A stretch of DNA of 64,000 nt, taken from positions 384,001 through 448,000 of the forward strand of contig OZ244070.1 of NCBI GenBank assembly GCA_965215605.1, given 5' to 3'. The stretch comes from an uncultured Candidatus Binatia bacterium (GTDB lineage Bacteria > Desulfobacterota > Binatia > UBA9968 > JAJDTQ01). Below the pieces are notes generated by a model. It was not told the origin of the DNA and ran no database searches. It was given only the letters and a program-made list of their open reading frames with translations. The position numbers and the translations under genes were made by a program. Shown piece after piece: positions 10,084-19,717 of the stretch; within the stretch, counting starts at the first letter, position 1, and each line of letters begins with the position of its first letter.

Positions 10084-11093
10084 CGGAACGCCGGCATGAC
10101 TTCGCGCGCGAAGAGGCGCATGGACTTCTTCACCTCCTCGTGCGGGAGGCCGCCGAAGTTGAAGTTGTGGGTCAGGGTGTCGAAGTGGTAATGGCGGCGG
10201 GCGTTGTGGATGATCTCGATGCACTGATCCGGAGTGCCGTAGAGGTTGCGGCCGGTCTCCAGCATCTCCTTCCAGGGATAGACGTAACCCGGAGGAGGCA
10301 GCGCCTTGCGCTGGATCCGTGAGATCTCCTCGTAGCGCGCGATCGCGTTTCCTCCGGCCTCGCGCGCCGCCACGGCGTTCTCGTTGACGTAGGTACGCAG
10401 GTGGTACTGGCAGTGGTAGTCCGCGGGATCGCGACCCGTGGCGACGAGCCCCTCGCGCCACGCCTCTACCCCGGCGCCCACCTTGTCGGGCGGATGGGGA
10501 TGTCCCACGGTCATGATGTGGTAACCGTTGCGGCCGGCCCATCCGAGCCCCTCGGGCGAGGTGCCGGCTACCCAGATGGGCGGCAGCGGCTGTTGCACCG
10601 GCCGCGGGTAGAGCGTGATGTCCTCGAACCGCCAGAAGTCGCCCGCGTGGCTGAAACGCTCATGGGTCCACGCCTTGACGATAATGTCGTGGGCCTCCTG
10701 GTAACGCGCGCGTCCCTCGTCTTGCGGCACCTCGTAGACGCGGTAGTCCAGCGCGGTGTTGCCCAGCCCGATGCCGAACTCGAGCCTTCCCCCGGATATG
10801 GCGTCCACCATGGCGTAGTCCTCGGCCACCTGAAGCGGATGGCGCACGCTCAGGATGGCGATGCACGGCCCCAGGCGGATCCTCGACGTTCTCGCCGCGG
10901 CGGCGGCAAGCATCACCGCCGGATTGGCGATGAGGCCGCCATAGCCCAGGAAATGGTGCTCGTTGAACATGAAGCACTCGAACCCCAGCTCCTCGGCCAA
11001 CTCGATCTGTTCCAGCATTTGCCGGTAGTAGACCTCGTAGGGAGGGTCGAGGTCCGGGTAGTAGGTCGAAAGGATGTTTACGTAGAATCGCAT
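10080..11093 (-). CDS. LLM-class flavin-dependent oxidoreductase
   Basis: AEELGF..FNEHHF, VAEDYAMVDAISGGRL, PRPVQQPLPPIWVA; start placed at MRFYV. Confidence 0.9.
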   Translation of the reverse strand: MRFYVNILSTYYPDLDPPYEVYYRQMLEQIELAEELGFECFMFNEHHFLGYGGLIANPAVMLAAAAARTSRIRLGPCIAILSVRHPLQVAEDYAMVDAISGGRLEFGIGLGNTALDYRVYEVPQDEGRARYQEAHDIIVKAWTHERFSHAGDFWRFEDITLYPRPVQQPLPPIWVAGTSPEGLGWAGRNGYHIMTVGHPHPPDKVGAGVEAWREGLVATGRDPADYHCQYHLRTYVNENAVAAREAGGNAIARYEEISRIQRKALPPPGYVYPWKEMLETGRNLYGTPDQCIEIIHNARRHYHFDTLTHNFNFGGLPHEEVKKSMRLFAREVMPAFR

Positions 11094-11116
11094 CGGCGAT
11101 TTCCACCCGGACGGCG

Positions 11117-12124
11117 CTAACCTCGAAACTCCGGCATCACTTCCCTGGCCAGCGCCTCCACCGTCTCCTCGTACACACTCCGGGCGGGAGTCAGCATGAC
11201 GCGCTCGACGCCGGCGTCGGCCAACTCCTCCAGGCGGGCGATGCACTCTTTCGGAGTGCCGGCGATGGCGAACCGCCGCACGAGGTAGTCGGTCAACAGC
11301 GCGGGATCCGACCGCTCCTCCATGGGTTTGGACTGATCGAAGGCGGCCATGAATCTCTTGACGCTTTCAAGCTCTTCTTCCGGAACGGTTTCCATGGTGG
11401 CCTGGAAGTTGTGGTGGACTCGATTGGCGATGCGGCGGCGCACGAGTTGGCGCGCCTCGTCGCCGTCTTCCTTGATGCACACCATGCCGGCGGCCAAGGT
11501 GGCGATCTCGTCCGGCGAGCGCCCGGCCTCGGCGGCGCCCTCGGCGATGCGCGCCAGCGCCCAACCCACGGCCCGGGGCTCCACTCCGCTCGCGACAAAG
11601 ACGCCGTCAGCCGCCCGCCCGGCCAGCCGCAGGCCCCGGGGCCCCTCCACCGCCAGGTACACCGGCGCCGGCAGGAGCCGGTAAGTCACGCGGACCCGGC
11701 CCGTGGGCGTGACCATCTCGCCGCCCTGCAACAGGTTGCGAATGGTGCGGATGCCCTCCTCGAAGTCCTTCATGCGGGTGGCCTTCCGGCCCAGGGCATA
11801 GACCGGACCGTCGCCGGTGCCGAGGCCGAGGACCGCCCGGCCGTCGGAAATCTCGTTCAGGGTGGCCGCCGAGCCCACCAACACCGTGGGTTCCTGATAC
11901 ACCATGTTGGTCACGCCCGTACCGAGCTTCAGACGGGTCGTGGCCATGGCGCAGGTAGCCAGCACCTGGAAAGGGTCCAGCGTGCTGAGCTGGCTGCAGC
12001 CGAGATAAACCCCCTCGAAGCCGAGCTCCTCCGCGTGGACCACGCGTTCCCGTATCCGTGCCACCTCCTTCACGCCGCCGTTGGGACTGTGGAGACTGAA
12101 CTGCATCTGCATGATGGACCTCAC
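11117..12124 (-). CDS. LLM-class (Mer-like) flavin/F420-dependent oxidoreductase
   Basis: AEELGFEGVY, LKLGTGVTN, GRAVLGLGTGD, LAGRAADG. Confidence 0.88.
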   Translation of the reverse strand: MRSIMQMQFSLHSPNGGVKEVARIRERVVHAEELGFEGVYLGCSQLSTLDPFQVLATCAMATTRLKLGTGVTNMVYQEPTVLVGSAATLNEISDGRAVLGLGTGDGPVYALGRKATRMKDFEEGIRTIRNLLQGGEMVTPTGRVRVTYRLLPAPVYLAVEGPRGLRLAGRAADGVFVASGVEPRAVGWALARIAEGAAEAGRSPDEIATLAAGMVCIKEDGDEARQLVRRRIANRVHHNFQATMETVPEEELESVKRFMAAFDQSKPMEERSDPALLTDYLVRRFAIAGTPKECIARLEELADAGVERVMLTPARSVYEETVEALAREVMPEFRG

Positions 12125-12282
12125 GACCGCGGTGTTGAACCTTGAAGTTTCACCCCGACTTTGAAAAGCTCCCCCAAATCGATGGACATTGTCATCCGCG
12201 CATCCGCATCATATCTGCCGCAACGGGCCGATGCAAAAACGCACTTGCGCAAAGAGAAGCGCCGTCACCCTTCACCGCGCAG

Positions 12283-12492
12283 GCGCGTGTTCTCCAGCAT
12301 GCTGGGCACATGCGGGCAGCCGGTGTGCTCGGCGAGCAGATTGCGCAGGAAGGGCTGGCCCACCAGCGCCGGCAGGAGCCAGAGCTACAACAGCGCCGCG
12401 GTCCCGGAGAGGATCGAGACCGCGGCCGCGGCGGAGTATACGGCGAGGAACCACCGGGCTTCCCGCGCCACCGCGTTCCGCGCCGACGGCGC
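12283..12492 (-). pseudogene. Relic of a membrane fatty-acid desaturase (MocD-like)
   Basis: Manual translation: AREARWFLAVY...ALL*LWLLPALVGQPFLRNLLAEHTGCPHVPSMLENTR with internal TAG at 12385-12387. Confidence 0.65.
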
Positions 12493-12525
12493 CCGCCGGG
12501 AACCAATATCACGGAGGAACCCACC

Positions 12526-13518
12526 TTGGGAAATCTCTCACTGACCCTGGCCACCGGCCCGTATGACCGGGTCGAAGCCATCGTCAAGGGCGTGGTCCGG
12601 CCCGAAGGAATCGACGTCACCTGCCTGCAGATCCAGTCGCCGCCGGAGATCTTCACCCGCATGATGAAGACCCGGGCCTTCGACCTGTGCGAAATGTCAC
12701 TGTCCACCTACCTGACCCGGCGGTCCCGGGGATCGTTTCCGTTCATCGCGTTGCCGGTGTTCCCGTCGCGGCTCTTTCGCCATGCCTACATATACGTGAA
12801 CCGGGACCAGAGCATCGTCGAGCCCGGGGATCTCAACGGCAAGCGCGTCGGGGTCCAGGAGTACGGCCAGACCGCGGCGGTGTGGGTCCGCGGCATCCTC
12901 CAGCACAGGCACGGAGTCGATCTCGCCACCATTCAGTGGGTGGAAGGCGGCGTCAACACGCCGCGGCCGCCTGATGACGAGATGGATCTCCGGCCGGTGA
13001 GCGGTCTGGAGATCGAGCCGGCGCCGGCGGACAAGTCCATCAACGACCTGCTGGTGGAGGGCGGCATAGCGGCCTACCTGGGCGCGCGGCAACCCGACGC
13101 CCTCGGGACGCATCCGGACATCGTCCGGCTGTTCCCCGACTACCGCCGGACGGAACGGGACTATTTCCGGGAAACCGGCATCTTTCCCATCATGCATACC
13201 ATCGTCATGCGGGAGGAGCTTCACGAGCGGCACCCGTGGATCGCGGAGAGCATGTTCAAGGCGTTTGAAGCAGCCAAGGCATGGGTGCTGGAGCACATGC
13301 GCTTCACCGGTGCCATGATGTACATGGTCCCGTGGCTCAACGCCGAGGTGGACGAGATCCGCGAGCTGTTCGGCGGCGACCCCTACCCCTACGGCGTGGA
13401 GGCCAACCGCAACAACCTGGACACGTTCATGCAGTATCTCGTGGAGCAGGGGTTCGTGGCGGAGCCGAGGCCGGCGCTGGAGGATCTGTTCACGCCCATC
13501 GTGGGATGGGCGGAATAA
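12526..13518 (+). CDS. Second 4,5-dihydroxyphthalate decarboxylase-like protein
   Basis: FDLCEMSLS, LPVFPSRLFRH, GVQEYGQTAAVW, GDPYPYG; TTG start behind GGAGGA. Confidence 0.85.
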   Translation: MGNLSLTLATGPYDRVEAIVKGVVRPEGIDVTCLQIQSPPEIFTRMMKTRAFDLCEMSLSTYLTRRSRGSFPFIALPVFPSRLFRHAYIYVNRDQSIVEPGDLNGKRVGVQEYGQTAAVWVRGILQHRHGVDLATIQWVEGGVNTPRPPDDEMDLRPVSGLEIEPAPADKSINDLLVEGGIAAYLGARQPDALGTHPDIVRLFPDYRRTERDYFRETGIFPIMHTIVMREELHERHPWIAESMFKAFEAAKAWVLEHMRFTGAMMYMVPWLNAEVDEIRELFGGDPYPYGVEANRNNLDTFMQYLVEQGFVAEPRPALEDLFTPIVGWAE

Positions 13519-13673
13519 CCGGGCGGCCTGCTACGAGTCCCCGTCCCACCGCCGCCCCTGGAGACCTGCGACCCGCCTTGACACCTTCGCGACGGAAGGC
13601 GTAGAAGGATTCCAACATGCGGGTTCCCGTATTCTGCGGCGAACCCAAACCCTGTTTCCGAAGGAGTCGTATC

Positions 13674-14174
13674 ATGAGCCACACGTTAGAGCAGTTCGCG
13701 GCAGACTGTCACCGCATCCTCAAGGCGGAGCCCGGCCCCGAAGGACGCCAGAAGGTCGTTTCGCTGGTCGAGGAGATATGCCAGGACGAGGAATTCATCA
13801 ACACGCATGTTGAAGAGGACCAACCGGAGCGGAAAGTGATCTATGAGGATGACGAGCTCGGGTTCTGCATACTGGCCCACCACAACAAGGGCTCCAAGGG
13901 GAGCAATCCCCACGACCACGGCCCGGCCTGGGCCATCTATGGCCAAGCCTCGGGCGAGACCGAGATGACCGACTGGGAGAAGGTCGAGCCCGCGGAGGAA
14001 GGCAAGAAGGGCAAGGCCCGCAAGCTGCGCACCTATACCCTCAAACCCGGCATGGCCCATCTGTACAATGAAGGAGACCTTCACTCGCCCTGGCGCGCGG
14101 ACACCACCAAGCTGATCCGCATCGAGGGCAAGAACATGGCGAAGGTGAAACGTTATCCCTACGAGGCGATCTGA
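13674..14174 (+). CDS. Cysteine dioxygenase-like cupin
   Basis: PHDHG..WAIYG and GDLHSP three-His pattern; AAGGAG RBS. Confidence 0.75.
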   Translation: MSHTLEQFAADCHRILKAEPGPEGRQKVVSLVEEICQDEEFINTHVEEDQPERKVIYEDDELGFCILAHHNKGSKGSNPHDHGPAWAIYGQASGETEMTDWEKVEPAEEGKKGKARKLRTYTLKPGMAHLYNEGDLHSPWRADTTKLIRIEGKNMAKVKRYPYEAI

Positions 14175-14222
14175 CCGTTCTTTTCGGGGAGAAGGTTCCC
14201 CACATACCGCTGGAGGTGTCCT

Positions 14223-15239
14223 ATGCGTATGAAGTCCTTTCCAGGCGTTTCGCTGCTCGCCCTGTTGCTGGCCGTGCCCCTGTGGACCCTCACCGCCGCC
14301 GCGCCGGCCGGCGCCAAGGAGGTGGTGATCCGCGCCATCTCCGCCTGGCCGCTGAGCATAGACGGCAACACCTGGTACAAGAACTACATCAAGGAAGTGA
14401 ACAAGCGTGGCAAGGGCGTGGTGCAGATTCGGCTCCTGGGCGGAAACGAGGTGGCCTCCGCATTCGAGCAGTTCCAGTCCCTGCGTACCGGCATCGCCGA
14501 CATGACCAACTCCGCGCCCGCCTACTACGTGGGCGAGACGGTCGAAGCCGCAGCCATGAGCCTGATCGCGCCCGACAGCCTGGAGAAGTACCTGGAGGCC
14601 CTGCGCAAGAGCGGCGCCATGGCGATCATCAACAAGGCCTACCGTGAGAAGTCGGAGATGCGCTTCCTGGGCATCACCGTGGCCGGCACCGGCTTCCGCT
14701 TCCTCATGGCCAAGCCCGTCAAGGACCTCGACGGCATCAAAGGCAAGCGGATCCGGGCCTCGGGCGCCCAGGACGCCGCCGCCATCCAGGCCCTCGGCGG
14801 CTCGCCCCAGACCCTCCCGGCCAACGAGCTGTACACGGCGTTGCAGCGCGGCGTGGTGGACGGCGCCTACCGCGCGCCCAACGACGCCTGGAGCTTCGGC
14901 GAGCACAAGGTCTACAAGGCCATGATCGCCACCCCTATCCAGTTCGCGCCGGGCGGCGTCTACATGCCAACGCGGGCATGGGACAAGCTGGCGGACAACG
15001 TGAAGAAGGTGCTGGAGGGGACCATCATCGACATGGAACCCGGGATCCTCAAGTACTTCCAGACCAACGACAATGCCGCGATCAAGAGGCTTGAGAAAAA
15101 CGGCATGAAAGTCATCGAGGTGGACGACGCCGCCAAGAAGCGGCTGTCCGACGCCCGCAACGCCTACTGGCCGGAGCTGCTCAAGCAATCGCCCAAGTAC
15201 GGCGCGCAGATCCAGAAGGCCCTGGCGCCTTACAACTGA
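14223..15239 (+). CDS. dctP: TRAP transporter substrate-binding protein
   Basis: Signal peptide, DLDGIKGKRIR, ELYTALQRGVVDG; precedes dctQM. Confidence 0.9.
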   Translation: MRMKSFPGVSLLALLLAVPLWTLTAAAPAGAKEVVIRAISAWPLSIDGNTWYKNYIKEVNKRGKGVVQIRLLGGNEVASAFEQFQSLRTGIADMTNSAPAYYVGETVEAAAMSLIAPDSLEKYLEALRKSGAMAIINKAYREKSEMRFLGITVAGTGFRFLMAKPVKDLDGIKGKRIRASGAQDAAAIQALGGSPQTLPANELYTALQRGVVDGAYRAPNDAWSFGEHKVYKAMIATPIQFAPGGVYMPTRAWDKLADNVKKVLEGTIIDMEPGILKYFQTNDNAAIKRLEKNGMKVIEVDDAAKKRLSDARNAYWPELLKQSPKYGAQIQKALAPYN

Positions 15240-15262
15240 TCCGGGTTCTCCGGACCCGAGAC

Positions 15263-15308
15263 ACGGCGGCTGCCGGCCTTGTGTGACAAGGCACTCGGCG
15301 GCCGCCGT
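15263..15308 (+). promoter_or_regulatory. Stem-loop between dctP and dctQ (probable mRNA stabiliser/attenuator)
   Basis: acggcggctgccg...cggcggccgccgt enclosing gccttgt-gtg-acaaggc. Confidence 0.45.
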
Positions 15309-15323
15309 CCTTGACCCCACTCG

Positions 15324-15839
15324 ATGCTGAATACGCTGAACCGCGCATTCGACAGGACGAACCGCGTGCTGGGATACGTATCCGCCGCGTTCGTCGTGGT
15401 CATGGCGGTGACCGTCTTGTACGACGTGCTCGCCCGCATGCTCTTCGCCGCGCCCACCATCTGGGTTCTCGACATCAACGAATACCTGCTGGTGTACCTC
15501 TGCTTCGTTCCATCCGCCTGGATCCTCATGAACGACCATCACGTGAAGGTGGAGATCGTAACCGCACGGCTCAGACCGGCATCGCAAGGCAGGCTGCGCG
15601 TCGTCACCGACTTCCTGGGGCTTATCTACTGCATCGTCCTCGCCTGGCAGGGCTGGGTGGTGGCTTGGCACGCGTTCGAGAACGGCTACCGGTTCTCCAC
15701 CGCGCTCAACCTGCCGAAGTTCCCGGTGCTGGTGATCATCCCCATCGGGGCCGCGTGGCTGGGTCTCGCCTTTGTAGTCAGAATCCTCACTGGATCGCAC
15801 GCGCACGCCGCGGCGACTCCCGAGAAGGGAGGCCTCTGA
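15324..15839 (+). CDS. dctQ: TRAP small permease
   Basis: 4 TM segments, DVLARMLF, HVKVEIV. Confidence 0.9.
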   Translation: MLNTLNRAFDRTNRVLGYVSAAFVVVMAVTVLYDVLARMLFAAPTIWVLDINEYLLVYLCFVPSAWILMNDHHVKVEIVTARLRPASQGRLRVVTDFLGLIYCIVLAWQGWVVAWHAFENGYRFSTALNLPKFPVLVIIPIGAAWLGLAFVVRILTGSHAHAAATPEKGGL

Positions 15840-17152
15840 TCTTCCTCGAGTGGTGGATCGTTCTGGTCATCATGTTCGGCGCCCTGATCGTGCTCATGGC
15901 GTCGGGCATCCCGATCGCGTTCGCGTTCGGCGTGCTGAACCTCGGGTTCCTTTATGTGCTGGTGGGCCCGGGCGCGGTCCAGGCCATCGCCCTCAGCAGC
16001 TTCACGAGCATCGGCACCTTCGCGTTCATCGCCCTGCCGCTGTTCGTGCTGATGGGCGAGTTGGTGCTCCACTCGGGGCTGGCCGCCCTCGCCATCACCT
16101 CCATCGGCAAGTGGCTGGGCCGGGTGCCCGGCCGCCTCGCCGTTCTGGCCGTGCTCGCGGGCACGGCGTTCGGCGCCGGCAGCGGCTCCAGCATGGCCAG
16201 CTCGGCCACCCTGGGCACGATCCTGGTGCCGGAGATGCGCAAGCAGGGCTACGACACAGGCCTGGCCGTGGGCACCCTCGCCACCTCCGGGGGGCTCGCG
16301 GTGCTGATCCCGCCCAGCGCGCTGATGGTCATCTTCGGCGGCATCAGCCAGCTCTCGGTGGGGGATCTCCTGATCGGCGGGATCCTGCCGGGACTGCTGC
16401 TGGCCACGCTGCTGTTCGGCTACATCGTCATCATCTGCTCTGTCCGGCCGGATCTGGCGCCGGCCGTGGAGCTGGAGAAGGTATCCTGGAGCGAGCGCCT
16501 GAATGCGCTCTTGTACTTCCTGCCGCTGGTGGTGCTGGTGCTGGTGGTGTTGGGCTCGATCTTCATGGGTATCGCCACCCCCAGCGAATCCGCCGCCATG
16601 GGCGTGGCGGGAGCCTTCTGCCTGGCCGTGGCCTACCGGCGCCTGTCGCGGGAGATCCTGCGCAAGGCCCTGCTGGGGACCGTGGAGGTTTCGGGATTCG
16701 CTCTGCTCATCGTCACCAGCGCCACCGCCTTCAGCCAGATCCTGGCCCACTCCGGCGCCGCCATGGGCCTTTCGATGTTCGCCACCGAGCTGCCGGTGTC
16801 GCCGTGGGTCATCATCGCCAGCATGCAGATTGTGATCCTCATCATGGGCGCGTTCATGGAGCCCATCTCCATCATGCTCATCACGGTGCCGATCTTCTTC
16901 CCGGTGATCCGCTCCCTGGGACTCGACCCGCTGTGGTTCGCCATCGTCACCATGGTGAACATCGAGCTGTCCCTCATCACCCCGCCCTTCGGCATGAACC
17001 TCTTCGTCCTCAAGGGCGTCTCGCCCCCCGACGTCACCCTTGGCGCCATCTACCGCGGCGTCATCCCCTTTGTGCTCATCAACATCATCGCGCTCGCGCT
17101 GGTGATGCTGTTTCCGCCCATCGCCATCTGGCTGCCGGGGCTGATGGGGTAG
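15836..17152 (+). CDS. dctM: TRAP large permease (start uncertain: CTG 15836 or ATG 15872)
   Basis: ALPLFVLMGEL, GSSMASSATLG, VLIPPS, ATPSESAA, ITPPFGMNLFV. Confidence 0.9.
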   Translation: MIFLEWWIVLVIMFGALIVLMASGIPIAFAFGVLNLGFLYVLVGPGAVQAIALSSFTSIGTFAFIALPLFVLMGELVLHSGLAALAITSIGKWLGRVPGRLAVLAVLAGTAFGAGSGSSMASSATLGTILVPEMRKQGYDTGLAVGTLATSGGLAVLIPPSALMVIFGGISQLSVGDLLIGGILPGLLLATLLFGYIVIICSVRPDLAPAVELEKVSWSERLNALLYFLPLVVLVLVVLGSIFMGIATPSESAAMGVAGAFCLAVAYRRLSREILRKALLGTVEVSGFALLIVTSATAFSQILAHSGAAMGLSMFATELPVSPWVIIASMQIVILIMGAFMEPISIMLITVPIFFPVIRSLGLDPLWFAIVTMVNIELSLITPPFGMNLFVLKGVSPPDVTLGAIYRGVIPFVLINIIALALVMLFPPIAIWLPGLMG

Positions 17153-17255
17153 CGTCGGCGAAGCGGCCTCGCGCATAAGCGCCGCTCGAGCCAACTGCCG
17201 GAAACCAAACGGTTTGCATCGCCCGATCGCTTGAGGGAAGAGGAGTGCATGCGAC

Positions 17256-18245
17256 TCATACGCTACCAACCTTCGGCAGCACCTCCTCGGCCATCATGGC
17301 CATGGAGTCGAGAATGCTCTTCTGGTCCAGGCCGGCGAAGTTCATGGAAAAGATGACGTAGTTGGCGCCGGTGCCGGCGATCTCCTGGATCTGCTCGATG
17401 CAGCGGGCGGGGCCGCCGACCATGAGCATGCGCTCTTGGTCGAGCTCGTCGTAGCCGCGGGGGCGTACGGACTTGCGCGCTTCGTAGTAACGGCTCATGG
17501 CGGGGCGGGCGCGGCGGCGGGCGGCGGCATCGGACTCGGCCACGTGCGTATGGATGGTCTGGCCCACGTCCAGGGCACCGGGGTCGTGACCTGACCGGGT
17601 CAGCGTCTCCTTGTAGAAGTCCACCTTTCGCTTCACCTCGGCCATGTCCACGCAACTCGCGAAGGGGATGCCCAGGATGGGATATCCCCTCTCCCCCGCC
17701 GCCTGGTAGGAACCCTGGCTCAGGGCGGCGAAGTACACCGGCGGCAAAGGCCGCTGCACCGGCAGCACGTTCAGGGATACGTCGTCGATCTGGTGGAACT
17801 GTCCCCGGTAGGATACCCGGCCGTCCCGCCAGGCCATCTCGACCACCTCCAGGCTCTCCACCAACCGGTCCCGGTTGTCTTCCTTGACGCCGAAGCCCGC
17901 CAATTCCGGCGGGGTACCGCGTCCCACTCCAAAGTCCAGCCGCCCGCCGCTCAGCACGTCGACCATGGCATACTCCTCGGCGGTGAGCACGGGATCGCGG
18001 TACGGCAACAGCGCCACGGCCACGCCCAGCCGGATAGAGTCGGTGCACGCGGCCGCGGCCGACATCAGCACCGTGGGCGACGGGATGACGCCGTGGAAGT
18101 CGAAATGGTGCTCGCCGAACCAGAAGCACTCGTAGCCCAGGGACTCGCCCCAGCGGACCTGCTCCAGCATCCTCTCGTAATAGCCCTTGAGGTCGAGCTT
18201 GAGCTCCGGGTCGTCGTCGCCGATGATGAACAGACCGAATTTCAC
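17256..18245 (-). CDS. LLM-class flavin-dependent oxidoreductase
   Basis: KFGLF, WFGEHHF, AEEYAMVDVLSGGRLDFGVGRG. Confidence 0.9.
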   Translation of the reverse strand: MKFGLFIIGDDDPELKLDLKGYYERMLEQVRWGESLGYECFWFGEHHFDFHGVIPSPTVLMSAAAACTDSIRLGVAVALLPYRDPVLTAEEYAMVDVLSGGRLDFGVGRGTPPELAGFGVKEDNRDRLVESLEVVEMAWRDGRVSYRGQFHQIDDVSLNVLPVQRPLPPVYFAALSQGSYQAAGERGYPILGIPFASCVDMAEVKRKVDFYKETLTRSGHDPGALDVGQTIHTHVAESDAAARRRARPAMSRYYEARKSVRPRGYDELDQERMLMVGGPARCIEQIQEIAGTGANYVIFSMNFAGLDQKSILDSMAMMAEEVLPKVGSV

Positions 18246-18479
18246 GGATCCCTCTTTCGTTTGGAACGTTGAGCGTCTACCACAAAACCGGATCGCGATG
18301 CACGGCAAGCAGCCGCTTCCAGGCCCCTGACGTCACTTGCCACCGGCTCGACGGGGACGTCTCCCCTCTTTCGTTTCGGGTTTCGAGGGTCTACTATGGA
18401 AATGTATCACAACGCGCCGCGCGCCGTATCCGGCGCGGCCCCCGTGGGCGATTCCGCCCGTGGTGAAGGGAGTTGCACG

Positions 18480-19493
18480 ATGAACGATAACGTGGTCTCG
18501 ACCCCAACCCAGGAACGATGCGTCACCTCCTACGCGGCGCGCACCCAGTACAAGCCGGGAGTAGTCCATCCCGGCCACGTCAAGGTCAAGGACGCCATCG
18601 ACATCCACTGCCACGCCCACGCCGGCCAGCAGGACGCTCTCGACTTGGTGAAGAAGGCGTCCCGGGCCGAAATGAAGGGCATCCTGTTCAAGTCCATCGT
18701 CGGTAACGCGGGGAAGGCGGTCCGAGAGCTCCAGCAGCAGCTCGACGAGTGGGCGGCCCAGGAGGGCGTTGCGTCGGCGGCCCTGTTCGCCGGCTTCGTG
18801 TGCGGCCGGAACGACGATCCGGTGTCGGCCGAGTTGGCCGAGAAGGCCATCGACGGCGGCGTCGTGGCCCTGTGGCTGCCGGTTTTCAATCACGCCAACA
18901 CCATGCACATCGTGGGAAGCCGCCGGGAGCTCATCGAGCACGACATGAACGCCCGGGGCTGGATCGGCCCCCTGTCCTGGGAGAAGGCGCTGGAACACGG
19001 CCGCTACAATCTCGACGACTCGGGTGAGCTGAAGCCGGAGGTGCGCGACATCATCCGCCTGTGCGTGGAACGCGACGCGGCGCTTTTCTTCGGCCATCCC
19101 ACCCACAAGGAGATCTTCAAGATCGCCGAGGAAGGTCACAAGGCCGGCCTCAGGCGGATGGTCATCGACCACCCCTACAGCCCGTTTCTGGACGTCTCGG
19201 TGGAGCAGATGAAGGAGCTGGCCCCGCTGGGGGTGCTGTTCAACTTCACCTTCGACGAGCTATCGCCACTCCTCGGCGTCGACCCCCAGATCATGTACAA
19301 CACCATCCGGGAGGTCGGGGTGGAACACTTCGCCCTTTCCAGCGACGCCGGCGAACCCCTGTTCCCGGACTCCGTAGAAGCCATGCGCCTGATCCGGGGC
19401 TACATGGAAGCCTTCGGCCTGACGCAGGACGAGCTCCACACCGTTTGCACCGTCAACCCCGCCAAGGTGCTCGGCATGGAACTGGATAGCTGA
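18480..19493 (+). CDS. DUF6282-like amidohydrolase/TIM-barrel protein
   Basis: AIDIHCH, FFGH, VIDHP, LSSDAG, NPAKVLG. Confidence 0.7.
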   Translation: MNDNVVSTPTQERCVTSYAARTQYKPGVVHPGHVKVKDAIDIHCHAHAGQQDALDLVKKASRAEMKGILFKSIVGNAGKAVRELQQQLDEWAAQEGVASAALFAGFVCGRNDDPVSAELAEKAIDGGVVALWLPVFNHANTMHIVGSRRELIEHDMNARGWIGPLSWEKALEHGRYNLDDSGELKPEVRDIIRLCVERDAALFFGHPTHKEIFKIAEEGHKAGLRRMVIDHPYSPFLDVSVEQMKELAPLGVLFNFTFDELSPLLGVDPQIMYNTIREVGVEHFALSSDAGEPLFPDSVEAMRLIRGYMEAFGLTQDELHTVCTVNPAKVLGMELDS

Positions 19494-19717
19494 CTTCCGC
19501 CGTATTCCGACCTTCACCGCACCCTCCTGCCCGTCCGCGCCCAAATTGTGCGCCTCCCGGGCGCTGAACCCTAAAGTTCGGCGCCCACCGACCGATTAGT
19601 ATAGCTGTAGGCGCCGCTGTGGCCTCGACCGCCGAGGCGGCACAGGCAGACGTCCGACACGTGCCGGCTACGGAACTCCGGCGGGCACGGCGGACCGGGC
19701 TCGAGCCGGGAGGTCCC

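Noticed and set aside
18480-19493. DUF6282-like gene as part of the MNIO operon
   Set aside because: Separated by 224 bp with promoter-like sequence; fits the catabolic island better, though not excluded
19619-19717. 33-aa extension as a precursor fused to the MNIO
   Set aside because: No Cys or repeat motif and no RBS at GTG 19619; strong RBS at ATG 19718
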